Shown piece after piece: positions 38,287 through 47,460 of a stretch of 64,000 bases of DNA (position 1 is its first letter; each line of letters opens with the position of its first letter). The notes under the pieces were generated by a model. That model did not search any database. It saw only the letters and a program-made list of their open reading frames with translations, and was not told the DNA's origin. Source of the DNA: Candidatus Eiseniibacteriota bacterium (GTDB lineage: Bacteria > Eisenbacteria > RBG-16-71-46 > SZUA-252); NCBI GenBank assembly GCA_963703225.1, contig OY969801.1:256001-320000 (forward strand), written 5' to 3'. Position numbers and translations under genes: made by a program.

Positions 38287-40570
38287 GGAGGAGGATCGGG
38301 CAGACGGTGGGGTCTCCTTCCCGAAGCTCAAAGTATCCGAGCCCGCTCCACCCTAGGAACAGGCCGATTGGAAGCCGCCGGGCCGCGAAGCTCTCCGTCA
38401 TGCTCCGCTTCCACTCCAGCTCGATGGCCCTCCTCGCCGCCGCCACCAGATCGTCTTCGGGCGGGGGCGGGCTCTCGAGGATGCGGGCACCCTCCCTGAG
38501 GACCAGGGCGTTCCCGGCGACACCATGGCAGAGGGAAAGGCTCATGGTCCGATCCTCGAGCAGAGCCTCCAAGTAGCGGCGCGTCGTCGCGAGGCCATCG
38601 ACCGCCTCCCGCCTGACGCGGCGGTCGGAGAGTGTCCCGATCGCATGGATACGCGAGAGGGCAATCCCAGGAGCGCCGTGGCACCATCCCGTCATGAACC
38701 GCGGCCGGTATCGACGGCCGGCCGTGCCTTCGGCCGCGGTCCTAAAGTCGGGCCAGTTGGCTGCGCGTCGGTCGTAGCAGAGGCGCTCGTATGCGAAGGC
38801 GCGATGGGCGCCTGTCAGGAACCGGGCTTCGCCCCCGGCCCGATAGAGCTCGAGGAGAACGTGGGCGATTCCCGCCGTCCCGTGGGAAAGCCCCGTCAGG
38901 TTTCGAGCTCTCGGACAGCCCGGCGTGTCCCAGGAACTCGTTCCCTTCGAGCGTCGCGCTCCAGCAAGCAGTGTCCGTCCGATGCGACTCGCATGGTCGA
39001 GCAGGGCCCCCTCTCCGAGAAGGTGGCGGAGCAAAAGAAGCGCGAGAGCCGTTCCCGCCGAGCCCGAAAGAAGGTCGTACTCGCCCGACGGCCGAATGCG
39101 CGGCACCCGACCCCGTAGGAATCGGCGGACCGACTGCGCGAGCGATTCGGAGTGAAGTTTGGCCGCGATCTCGGCGGCGATCCAGGCGGTTCCCGGCCAT
39201 CCCGTGTAGAGCCCATCGCTGGAAGTCCCAGGACGCGAGCGTTCGCCGTCGAGGGCGCCGCGGATCGCTCCCAGTGCGGTGCGGCGGGCCGCTCGGTCCC
39301 CAGACAGGCGGCTCCATTCGGCGAGGAACAGGGCCACGCCGCTGGCTCCAGAGTAGAGATCGGTCCCCAGCGGGGCAGATCGCTCTTCGACCCGGGCCGT
39401 CCCGGCCCACGACGGCACCGTTTCGATCCAGGTGCAATGCCCGCCCGACCAGATGGCACGGCGGCAGATGCTCCACGCGATCGACCCCGCAAACGAGCCG
39501 TCCGGGCTGCTTCCGACGGAGCGTCGTCGGGGGATGGAGATACGCGCATGAAGCATCGGCGGGTCCGGCGCCCCCCTCGTGGAGTAGGGAGCATTCAGGT
39601 CGATCCCCTCGTCGGAGAAGCGCCGCGAGAGAAGCCGGACCTTCGCGCGGGTGCCGCGGAGCCCTCTCTCGCTCGCTACCGCGATCGTCTCCGCGAGGAG
39701 ATGGCAGCGGTGCAGACCGAAGCTCTGGCCCCCCGGCGGATCTTCCGCGAACCCCAGGCCCGGGGCGATTGGCTTGGTCCACGCGGGGACACCCGGTGAG
39801 AGGAAAAGCCGCAGCGCCGGAATGGCTCGCTCGGCGATCCGGATGACACGCCGGCCGTGCTCGGCCTGAATGCAGAGCAGAACCGAATCGCGGCGGTCGT
39901 AGAGGGCCGGGTTATCGAGAGCCTTGATCCAGTACGGGACGCCTTCACGATTGAGCGCCCGAGAGAATTGGGAGATCAACGCCACCGCCCCGTCGGCATC
40001 CAGATTCCAGTAGAACCGAAGTCGCCGGCCGCCGACATGGGAGATCGGAGCGTTGCCGAGCGCGACGTAGTGGCCGGGCGATGACGCAAGTGATTCGTTT
40101 GGAAGCCGAACGCGCACGCTGCTTCCCACGGTGGCTTTCTCGCGCGGCGGGCTGAGAATCGATTCGAGGGGTGCTCGAAGGGTCAGACCGTCTCTTTCGA
40201 TTCGAGCTTCGGCGCCATTTCGCGCGGCCAGGTTCCAGCCAGCCTCCACCAGGCCGCGTCCCCGATTCGCGCGGGACAGCGCGGCGCGGAATCGCTCGGT
40301 CATGATTGGCGGTCCTAGGGATCCCTGCCACGGGATCGGGACCACCGGGACGCCGGGGCAGAAGTACCATCGGTAGAGATGGGACACGAGCGCTCGTACC
40401 AGCATGAGCCGGCGAATGCTCGGCGGGTGATCCTCCAGCCGGTCGCCCTGAACGACGTCAAAGGGCTGCCCCAGCCAGACAAATCGGTTCGGGGAGATGA
40501 CCTCGACGGCCTCGAGCGCCGCGGTCGCGCTTAGGACGTATGGATTCGACGCCGCAGGGATCCGGATCAT
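38180..40570 (-). CDS. HopA1-like (LanY-type lyase) domain fused to a LanC lanthionine cyclase domain
   Basis: N-half LRFYWNL, YWIKAL, RRDSVLL, TKPIAPGLGFAEDP, SFGLHRC (HopA1-like). C-half DLYSGASG, DLLSGSAG, GLSHGTAG, NWPDFR, WCHGAPG, LCHGVAG (LanC Zn ligands and catalytic His). Confidence 0.85.
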   Translation of the reverse strand: MIRIPAASNPYVLSATAALEAVEVISPNRFVWLGQPFDVVQGDRLEDHPPSIRRLMLVRALVSHLYRWYFCPGVPVVPIPWQGSLGPPIMTERFRAALSRANRGRGLVEAGWNLAARNGAEARIERDGLTLRAPLESILSPPREKATVGSSVRVRLPNESLASSPGHYVALGNAPISHVGGRRLRFYWNLDADGAVALISQFSRALNREGVPYWIKALDNPALYDRRDSVLLCIQAEHGRRVIRIAERAIPALRLFLSPGVPAWTKPIAPGLGFAEDPPGGQSFGLHRCHLLAETIAVASERGLRGTRAKVRLLSRRFSDEGIDLNAPYSTRGAPDPPMLHARISIPRRRSVGSSPDGSFAGSIAWSICRRAIWSGGHCTWIETVPSWAGTARVEERSAPLGTDLYSGASGVALFLAEWSRLSGDRAARRTALGAIRGALDGERSRPGTSSDGLYTGWPGTAWIAAEIAAKLHSESLAQSVRRFLRGRVPRIRPSGEYDLLSGSAGTALALLLLRHLLGEGALLDHASRIGRTLLAGARRSKGTSSWDTPGCPRARNLTGLSHGTAGIAHVLLELYRAGGEARFLTGAHRAFAYERLCYDRRAANWPDFRTAAEGTAGRRYRPRFMTGWCHGAPGIALSRIHAIGTLSDRRVRREAVDGLATTRRYLEALLEDRTMSLSLCHGVAGNALVLREGARILESPPPPEDDLVAAARRAIELEWKRSMTESFAARRLPIGLFLGWSGLGYFELREGDPTVCPILLPTAPHDRSARGARDRSFPSRRSRRRGSRRGSARHS

Positions 40571-41586
40571 GGAAGTTGATACAGCTCTCTCGCCGCATCG
40601 TCGGGGGCCGCGACGACATCGGCGGCCAACTGAATCGCGCGAAGGAGGAGCGGATCGAGGCGATCACGTTCCTGCGCGAGCTCAACCAAGCGGCCCAGGA
40701 GCCATGCGCCGGAGAGGCGGACCGACCGAGCACGCAACGCGTCGGACTCTGACCCGACGATGCCGCGGGCGGCGATGTAGCTGTTCCAGAAGAGCGGCGC
40801 GGTGCCCACGAGCCCAGGCGTCCCAAAGGCCCAGTGCCGGAGCCCTTCGCCGAGAAATGCCCCGACGTCCCATGCGGGATCTCCGGCGCCCGCCAGCTCC
40901 CAATCAATCACCGCCGTTGGCGCCCCGCTCCGTGGGATGAGGCAGTTTTCCCAACGGAGGTCGCCGTGGACGAACGAATCGGAGCGCCAGCGGTCTCGTA
41001 GCTCGTCGAGGGCGTCGGCGAATCCTTGTACACGTTGCGTGGAGCGGACGATCTGGAGCGAGGCCGGGCTCATCTCGCGTAGGGCCCCGATGGTTGGGTG
41101 CGGGATGGAGAGCGGCCAAGGGATCTTGGATCGGCGGTCAGCTCCGCGAAGCGAGCGGCTCCGTGGCGGCGGCATGCCGTGGAGAGAACCGAGTGCGGCC
41201 CCGGCGCCTCGTAGCGCTCGGGGCGGCAGCGTGCCCGTCGTGCGCGCATGTTCTTCGAGGCTGCGCGCCGATCGCAGGCGATCGAGGACAAGGATGCCGC
41301 TGCGCGCGCCGTATCGCGCGACCCGCGGGAGGGAGCGATGGAGCGCTTGTGGATGGGGGGCATCGCGGAGCTTCCGAAGCGCCCATGCCTCGCGCGCCAC
41401 CGCGGCCCGCCCGGCCACTCCGCACCCCTGCTTGACGAACCAACCGCCGCGTCCAGAGAGAACGAATTCGAAGCAGCGATTTCGGCCCGAGCGCTCCACA
41501 ACCCCGAAGGAGGGCGAGCTCACATCCCGGCCGCGGAGCATCCCGCGCCGGATCAGATACCGTGCGATTTCCTCCGCGGGGCTCAT
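40567..41586 (-). CDS. Aminoglycoside-phosphotransferase-fold kinase (LanK-like peptide Ser/Thr kinase)
   Basis: SGRNRCF, WFVKQ, HGDLRWENCL, IDWELAGAGDPAWDVG; ATGA overlap with the HopA1-LanC gene. Confidence 0.85.
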   Translation of the reverse strand: MSPAEEIARYLIRRGMLRGRDVSSPSFGVVERSGRNRCFEFVLSGRGGWFVKQGCGVAGRAAVAREAWALRKLRDAPHPQALHRSLPRVARYGARSGILVLDRLRSARSLEEHARTTGTLPPRALRGAGAALGSLHGMPPPRSRSLRGADRRSKIPWPLSIPHPTIGALREMSPASLQIVRSTQRVQGFADALDELRDRWRSDSFVHGDLRWENCLIPRSGAPTAVIDWELAGAGDPAWDVGAFLGEGLRHWAFGTPGLVGTAPLFWNSYIAARGIVGSESDALRARSVRLSGAWLLGRLVELAQERDRLDPLLLRAIQLAADVVAAPDDAARELYQLP

Positions 41587-41607
41587 CGGCCAAGCCTCGG
41601 CCGTCGT

Positions 41608-42081
41608 CTAGCCGGTGCAGCTCCAGACTGTCTTCGTCGTCGGCCAGTCGAGGCAGAGGGAGGCGAACTTGGTGATCGGCCACTGGAAGCCGGGACCCAA
41701 GGGTCCCGGAGGCACAGGGTTGAAGCAAGCGGGCTCCACCTTCGTAACGGGATGCGGATAACCGGCAGGGTCCATGAACGCCGACCGGGCCCCGCGCTCG
41801 GCCCCTGACTTGGACGCGATCAGTTGGACCTCCGCGTCGCGGCGGATCCACATCGCCGTCCCGCCGAGCGGGCCATCGAGGCGGATCGCGTGCACGATGG
41901 CGTTGCTCCCGAACTCGAGGAAGGCATTGAAATCGAGACTAAGGTAGAGCCGCCACGTGTTCTTTGCGGGACCCTTGGCAAGGAATCCCACAACTGAGAC
42001 GACGTTCGGCGAAGCTTCCCCATCGGGGACGAGTGCCCTGGCCAGGCGATCCGGCTGAAGACCATTATCATCTTTTGCCAT
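41608..42081 (-). CDS. Putative RiPP (lanthipeptide) precursor: folded leader plus core with three P-x-T-K-x4-C repeats
   Basis: SD GAGGA before ATG 42081; C-terminus ...YPHPVTKVEPAC FNPVPPGPLGPGFQ WPITKFASLC LD WPTTKTVWSC TG*; first gene of the kinase/LanC operon. Confidence 0.75.
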   Translation of the reverse strand: MAKDDNGLQPDRLARALVPDGEASPNVVSVVGFLAKGPAKNTWRLYLSLDFNAFLEFGSNAIVHAIRLDGPLGGTAMWIRRDAEVQLIASKSGAERGARSAFMDPAGYPHPVTKVEPACFNPVPPGPLGPGFQWPITKFASLCLDWPTTKTVWSCTG

Positions 42082-42313
42082 AGGTCGCATTCCTCATGAG
42101 CGGCGCGCTTTCGTAGCGTCCAGGGCGTCGCCAGCGGGTGCTTCCATGAGAGCGCGGAGCGCGGGTGGGGTGCGACCCCGAACTACTGAGCGAGCCTGCG
42201 TCCCTGCATTGTGTTGCGGCTAGTCTGCGGGGTCGGCCACGAGAGCCCACCTGCCCCCTGCGTGGGATCATTGCCACCCATGACTATACACGATTTAGGG
42301 GCCGCCGTCCCGC

Positions 42314-42348
42314 AAAAACTAGGGGCGCGAGCTTGTGGCCCGCGCCCC
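42314..42348 (-). terminator. Intrinsic terminator downstream of the lipoprotein gene
   Basis: Minus strand GGGGCGCGGGC-CACAA-GCTCGCGCCCC followed by TAGTTTTT. Confidence 0.7.
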
Positions 42349-42395
42349 GCATTCAGCACCGCGGCCGGCGAAGCGCCGGCCCGCGAGAGTCTTGT

Positions 42396-42938
42396 CTACT
42401 TCCCGGCGTCGATGACCAGGGCGAGCACCCCGTTCTTGACGTCGAAGTCGAAGGTCGTGACATTCGCGATCGCGTAGACCGTGAACTTGCCGTCACCCTT
42501 GATCTCGTTGAGAAGGAGAGCCTTGCCCGTCGACGAGAAGAGCGCCGCCGACTCGTCCCATCCAACCTGCTTGGTCTCGCCGGGGTTGATGTTGAACGCT
42601 CCCCAGAGCAGTGGTCGCGCCCCCTTTGACCTGAGTAGCCGTCGTGAAGGCCGTGTTGTCGGCCGTCATGTAAACTTCGACACCGATCGCCGCCGTTCCG
42701 TTGTTGGTGATCTTTCCGAGCACGGCCACGTCCGACAAGCCTTTCAAGTCATCCTTGTGGTCCTCGTACACGCTTTCCGTGTTGAGATCGACGTCTTGGA
42801 TGGTGACCTGGCCATCGCGTCGAAGCAGTGAAAATTATCGAGGTCAAAGTCGATCAAGAACTGACCCGAAACCAGCACACAACCCGGCGTAGCGAGACCC
42901 AGGAGCAGCGCCGGTACGATCCAACGCAAATTTTTCAT
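42396..42938 (-). CDS. Hypothetical lipoprotein; frameshifted (about 42810 and 42610)
   Basis: SD AAGGAGG and lipobox-like LATPGC. Pieces in three frames join into ...DLNTESVYEDHKDDLKGLSDVAVLG...AFNINPGETKQVGW...LVIDAGK*. Confidence 0.65.
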
Positions 42939-42950
42939 GGCGCGCCTCCT

Positions 42951-43490
42951 TTACTTGCCCGACATCAGGTTGTATTCGAGTCCAGCGGTGGCGGTCCCGA
43001 ACTTCCGGGACACGTCACCATCGACGATCATGTCCATCTCGCCGCGGATGTGGAACGAAATCTTCTCCCCCGCGGGAATCCTGATTCCGAAGCCGAAATT
43101 CCAGCCGGTGTTGGTGATGTCATCGCTACCGGTGCGTGAGAGCTTGTACGATCCGAGCCCCACGAAGGGGTAAAAAGTACCGTTCGCGCCGACCACCGCC
43201 GACACCCCGAAGGCGGTCATGTCGAAGCCGGAGCGGGTGTAGGAGAGCCCGCCGAGCGTCTCCTCCGCATCGCCTAGGCTGGAGTTGGCATAGAACGGCT
43301 CCAGGGTCAGGAGAGGCATGAGGCTAACCGGGGCCCGCACGCCGAAGATGGCCCCGCTGCCTGTGTCATCCTGTAGCACCGCGTAGGCGTAGCCGCCGTA
43401 AGGCATCACTCCCACGGTCGTGCCCGACGCCAAGGCAGACCCCGTGCAGACCGCCAAGGCGAGCAAAACCAGTACGACTGTCCGCTTCAT
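42951..43490 (-). CDS. Small outer-membrane beta-barrel protein (OmpA/OmpW-like)
   Basis: Signal peptide MKRTVVLVLLALAVCTGSALA, YPFVGLG, GWNFGFGI, alternating beta-strands. Confidence 0.8.
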   Translation of the reverse strand: MKRTVVLVLLALAVCTGSALASGTTVGVMPYGGYAYAVLQDDTGSGAIFGVRAPVSLMPLLTLEPFYANSSLGDAEETLGGLSYTRSGFDMTAFGVSAVVGANGTFYPFVGLGSYKLSRTGSDDITNTGWNFGFGIRIPAGEKISFHIRGEMDMIVDGDVSRKFGTATAGLEYNLMSGK

Positions 43491-43503
43491 GAAACCCCCT
43501 TTC

Positions 43504-44307
43504 TCAATTGATTCGACGAGCGGGGATTGTAGCCGATTCCTCGGCCCCAGTCCAGAACCCCTCTGGGTCCAGACCACGCAGCGTCCCTAACTCCGTGTCG
43601 CTGAAGGGCGGAATGAGTCCGACCGGCTGGGCGATCCGCGGCTGCCAGCCCATGCGGACGAGCACGTGATCCACGCTGACCCCCGGGAATAGCTCGGCCA
43701 GATAGGCCTCAGCCAGCGCGTGGTCGAAGCGGAACACCGCGTGCGTGGTCACGATCGCGCTCGGCCCTCCCGGAGGAAGTCCCACGCGAGCGCGAAATTC
43801 CGGTCCGTCGCCGCGCCCCGGCGACGTGCGAAAGCGCACGCGCTCCACGAGGCGCCGCTTTTCTTGGGGCACCAGAACCACCGTGCGGCGCGCCAGCGCC
43901 ATGATGTCGGCGGCCCCTCCGCTCCCCGGCAATCGGATCGGCCGGCCCGCGTCATCGACGACCTCCGTGGAATTCAAATTGCCGAATCGGTCCACCTCCG
44001 CCGCGCCGAGGAGGCCCAGGTCGACCCGGCCCGCCTGCATCATGCCCATGACGTCCAGCGTCGAGGAGGCGCACGTCGCGCCGAGAATGTTCGGGGGATC
44101 GCCCATCGTGAAGAGAAGCTCTCTCGCTGCCTCTTCGCGGATCAGGCCGTTTTCGTAGAGCGCGGTCGCGCCGGGGGCGTGGGTGGCCTTGGCGACCAGG
44201 TAAGCAAGAAGAGGGAGCCGCGTTCCCACGAACACGGTCTCCCCCTCTTGGATCTCGCGCGCCGCGCGGAGCACCATCCGTTCGCGCGGCAGGAGGGTCG
44301 GCGTCAC
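43504..44307 (-). CDS. Family I CoA-transferase beta subunit (GctB-like)
   Basis: VFVGTRLP, LYENG (catalytic Glu position), GAAEVDRFGNLNST, RLPGSGGAADI. Confidence 0.88.
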   Translation of the reverse strand: MTPTLLPRERMVLRAAREIQEGETVFVGTRLPLLAYLVAKATHAPGATALYENGLIREEAARELLFTMGDPPNILGATCASSTLDVMGMMQAGRVDLGLLGAAEVDRFGNLNSTEVVDDAGRPIRLPGSGGAADIMALARRTVVLVPQEKRRLVERVRFRTSPGRGDGPEFRARVGLPPGGPSAIVTTHAVFRFDHALAEAYLAELFPGVSVDHVLVRMGWQPRIAQPVGLIPPFSDTELGTLRGLDPEGFWTGAEESATIPARRIN

Positions 44308-44318
44308 GCCGGCCCGAT

Positions 44319-45131
44319 CTACTTGCCGGAAAACTTGGCGGGGCGCTTTTCCACGTACGCGGTCAACCCCTCCTTGGCGTCCTCGCTCGTAAAGAGCTGC
44401 TGCTGCAGCTCGCGCTCGATGGCGAGCGCCTCGCTGAAGGGGACCTCGAGGCCCGACTGGACCGCGCGCTTGATCCGCCCCACGGCCTTCGAGGCCTTGT
44501 TGGGCGGGAGGAACTGCCGCGCGTACTCCATCACCTTGGCGTCGAAGGTATCCGCGTCGAATACGTGATTCACGAGCCCCATCGCGAGGGCGTCCTCGAA
44601 GGGAAAGGTGGCGCCCGTCGTCATCAGCTCGATGGAGCGGGCCTTGCCGACCAGCCGCGAGAGGCGCTGGGTGCCGCCCGTGCCCGGGAGCACGCCGAGC
44701 GTAACCTCGGGGAGGCCGATTTTCCCCGCGTTCTTCTTCGCGAGGCGAATGTCGGCGGCCATCGCGATCTCCAGTCCGCCGCCGACGCAGTGCCCGTTCA
44801 GCGCCGCGATCACCAGCTTGGGCGTCTGCTCGAGGCGATTGAGCGTCTCGTTGGCGTGGAGGCAGAAGAAGTACTTGAAGACCGGATTCACGGTCTGGAG
44901 CATCTTGATATTCGCGCCCGCGCAGAAGAACTTGTCGCCCGCGCCCCGCAGCACGATGACGTGCACGTTCTCGTCGAAGCGGGCCTTCAAGATCGCTTCG
45001 TCGAGCGCGCGCATCATTTCATAGGTGTAGGTGTTCGCGGGCGGGTCGTTGAGCTCGAGGATCGCGATTCCGTTGTCGGTTCGGTAGCTGCACAGGCCGC
45101 CGGCGGGCGGAGAGAGGGTCTCGGGCGTCAC
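44319..45131 (-). CDS. Enoyl-CoA hydratase/isomerase
   Basis: FCAGANI, GHCVGGGLEIAMAADIR, GLPEVTLGVLPGTGGTQRL. Confidence 0.92.
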   Translation of the reverse strand: MTPETLSPPAGGLCSYRTDNGIAILELNDPPANTYTYEMMRALDEAILKARFDENVHVIVLRGAGDKFFCAGANIKMLQTVNPVFKYFFCLHANETLNRLEQTPKLVIAALNGHCVGGGLEIAMAADIRLAKKNAGKIGLPEVTLGVLPGTGGTQRLSRLVGKARSIELMTTGATFPFEDALAMGLVNHVFDADTFDAKVMEYARQFLPPNKASKAVGRIKRAVQSGLEVPFSEALAIERELQQQLFTSEDAKEGLTAYVEKRPAKFSGK

Positions 45132-45173
45132 GGGTGGAACCTCCTTGCGTATCGGGTCACGACGTTCGAAGGA

Positions 45174-45962
45174 TCAGCGCCCCTGGAAGTGGGGATCGCG
45201 CTTGGCGAGAAAGGCGGCAAATCCCTCGCGTGCATCCCGGGTACTCCAACAGCGTTCCTGGGCGTCGATTTCTCGCGCGAGGGCTTCCTCGAGAGTATAG
45301 CCGAGGGAGCGGCGCACCGAGCGCTTGATTTCGCCCACCGCGACGGCCGGCGCTTGGGCGAGGCGGTCGGCGAAGGAAAGCGTCTTGGCCACCAGCGAAT
45401 CGGGTAGGAGGACGCGGCTCACGATCCCCAGCCGGAGCGCCTCGGCCGCGTCGATCGAATCGCCGGTCCACATCAACTCGAGCGCGCGTGACGTCCCGAT
45501 GAGGCGCGGGAGCGTGTGGAGCGCGCCCCAGTCCGGGTGAAGCCCGATCTTGATAAAGCTCTGGGCGAACTTCGCCGTCTCCGAGGCCCACCGGATGTCG
45601 CACGCCAGGGCGAGGCTCATGCCGCCCCCGGCGGCGTGGCCATTCACCGCGGCGATGACCGGTTTCTCGATGGATTGAAGGGTCGAGGCGATCTCGCGGC
45701 CGGCTTCCACGAGCGGGCGAAAGTCCTCGAAGCGCCCGCCGTTCGCGACCACCTCCTGCATGAAGGCGATGTCGCCGCCGGCGCAGAATGCGCGGCCGGC
45801 GCCGGTCAGGACGATCACGCGAACCGCCGCGTCGCGCGCCGCGCCCCCCAACGCTTCCAGCAGCATGAGCGTCGTCGGGATCCGGAACGCGTTCAGCGAA
45901 TCCGGACGGTTGAGGGTGATCAGCGCGGTGGGGCCGCGGCGCTCGTAGAGGACGTCCGGCAC
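45174..45962 (-). CDS. Enoyl-CoA hydratase/isomerase (PaaG-like)
   Basis: AFCAGGD, AAGGGMSLALACD, FIKIGLHPDWG (Asp in place of the Glu pair). Confidence 0.88.
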   Translation of the reverse strand: MPDVLYERRGPTALITLNRPDSLNAFRIPTTLMLLEALGGAARDAAVRVIVLTGAGRAFCAGGDIAFMQEVVANGGRFEDFRPLVEAGREIASTLQSIEKPVIAAVNGHAAGGGMSLALACDIRWASETAKFAQSFIKIGLHPDWGALHTLPRLIGTSRALELMWTGDSIDAAEALRLGIVSRVLLPDSLVAKTLSFADRLAQAPAVAVGEIKRSVRRSLGYTLEEALAREIDAQERCWSTRDAREGFAAFLAKRDPHFQGR

Positions 45963-45966
45963 CGGG

Positions 45967-47447
45967 CTAGCTCAGGTCGACCCAGACGCTCTTCGTCTGG
46001 GTGTAGAAGTCGAGCCCGGCCATTCCCGATTCGCGCCCGAACCCGGAGGCCTTGGTGCCGCCGTACGGCGACGCCGCGTCGTAGAGGTTGTAGGTGTTGA
46101 TCCAGACGGTGCCGGCCTGGAGCGCCCGGGCGGCGCGGTGCGCCTTCTTGACGTCGCGGGTCCAGATCGCGGCGGCGAGACCATAGGCGGAATCGTTGGC
46201 CTGGGCGATCGCCTGGTCGAAGTCGTCGAACTCGATGACGGAGAGGACGGGTCCGAAAATCTCCTCGCGCGCGATGGTCATCGAGTTGCGGACGCCGTCG
46301 AAGATCGTCGGCTTCCAGAAATATCCGCGTCCGTCGCCGATTCGCGCCGCCTCGCCGCCCAGGATGAGCCGCGCCCCTTCCTTCTTGCCGATCTCCACGT
46401 AGCGCCCGATCTTCTCGATCTGCGCCTGCGAGACCTGGGGGCCGAGCCGCGTCTTGGGGTCGAGAGGATCGCCCTGCGCCAGCTTCTGCGAGCGCTCGAC
46501 CACTTTCTCGAGGAGCGGCTCGCGAATGCCCTTCGCCACGAAGAGCCTGGACCCGGCGGTGCAAACCTCGCCCTTGTTGTAGAAGATCGCGTGCATCGCC
46601 GCGCGCCCCGCCATCTCGAGATCGGCGTCGTCGAGGACGATGTTCGCCGACTTGCCGCCCAGCTCGAGCGACACCTTCTTCAGGGTCTTCGCGCCGTTCG
46701 TGCATGATGAGCTGCCCGGTCGTGGTCTCGCCGGTGAACGCGATTCCCGAGACGCCGGGATGCGCCACGAGCGCGGCGCCCGCGGTGGGGCCAAATCCCG
46801 GGACCACGTTCAGCACGCCGGGCGGGAGGCCCGCCTCGAGCGCGATCTCACCCAGGCGGAGCGCTGTGAGCGGCGTCTCCTCCGCGGGTTTCAAGATCGC
46901 GCAGTTGCCCGCGGCGAGGGCCGGCGCCACCTTGCGCGAGGCCATGAGGAGCGGGAAATTCCAGGGCACGATCAGCCCCACCACGCCGAGCGGCTCGCGG
47001 AGGGTGTAGTTGAAGAAGGGGCCGCTGACGGGGATCGTGCTGCCCTCGAGCTTGGTCGCGGCGCCCGCGTTGTAGTGGAATACGTCGGCGGCGAGCGGCA
47101 CGTCGATCTTCGTGGTTTCGACGATCGGCTTGCCGGCGTCGAGCGTCTCGAGGCGGGCGATCTCGTCGCATTGCTTGAGAAGCAGGTCGCCGATCCGCCA
47201 GAGGATCTTTCCCCGCTCGGCGGCCGGACATCTTGCCCCACGGCCCGGCGAGCGCCTGTCGGGCCGCTTGGACCGCGAGGTCGATGTCGGCGGCGTCACC
47301 TTCCGCGATCTCGGCGATCGCCTCGCCGGTGGCCGGGTTGATGGTCCGGAATCGCTTGCCCGAGACCGCCTCCCGCCATTCGGCGCCGATCAGGAGACGG
47401 CCGCCCGAAGCGAGCAGCGTTGGGGAGAGGGTGTCGCTGGGATTCAC
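45967..47447 (-). CDS. Aldehyde dehydrogenase; two frameshifts (about 47225 and 46700)
   Basis: [39 protein letters not shown] and EEIFGP, spread over three frames. Confidence 0.9.
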
Positions 47448-47460
47448 GGGATCCTCCGGC

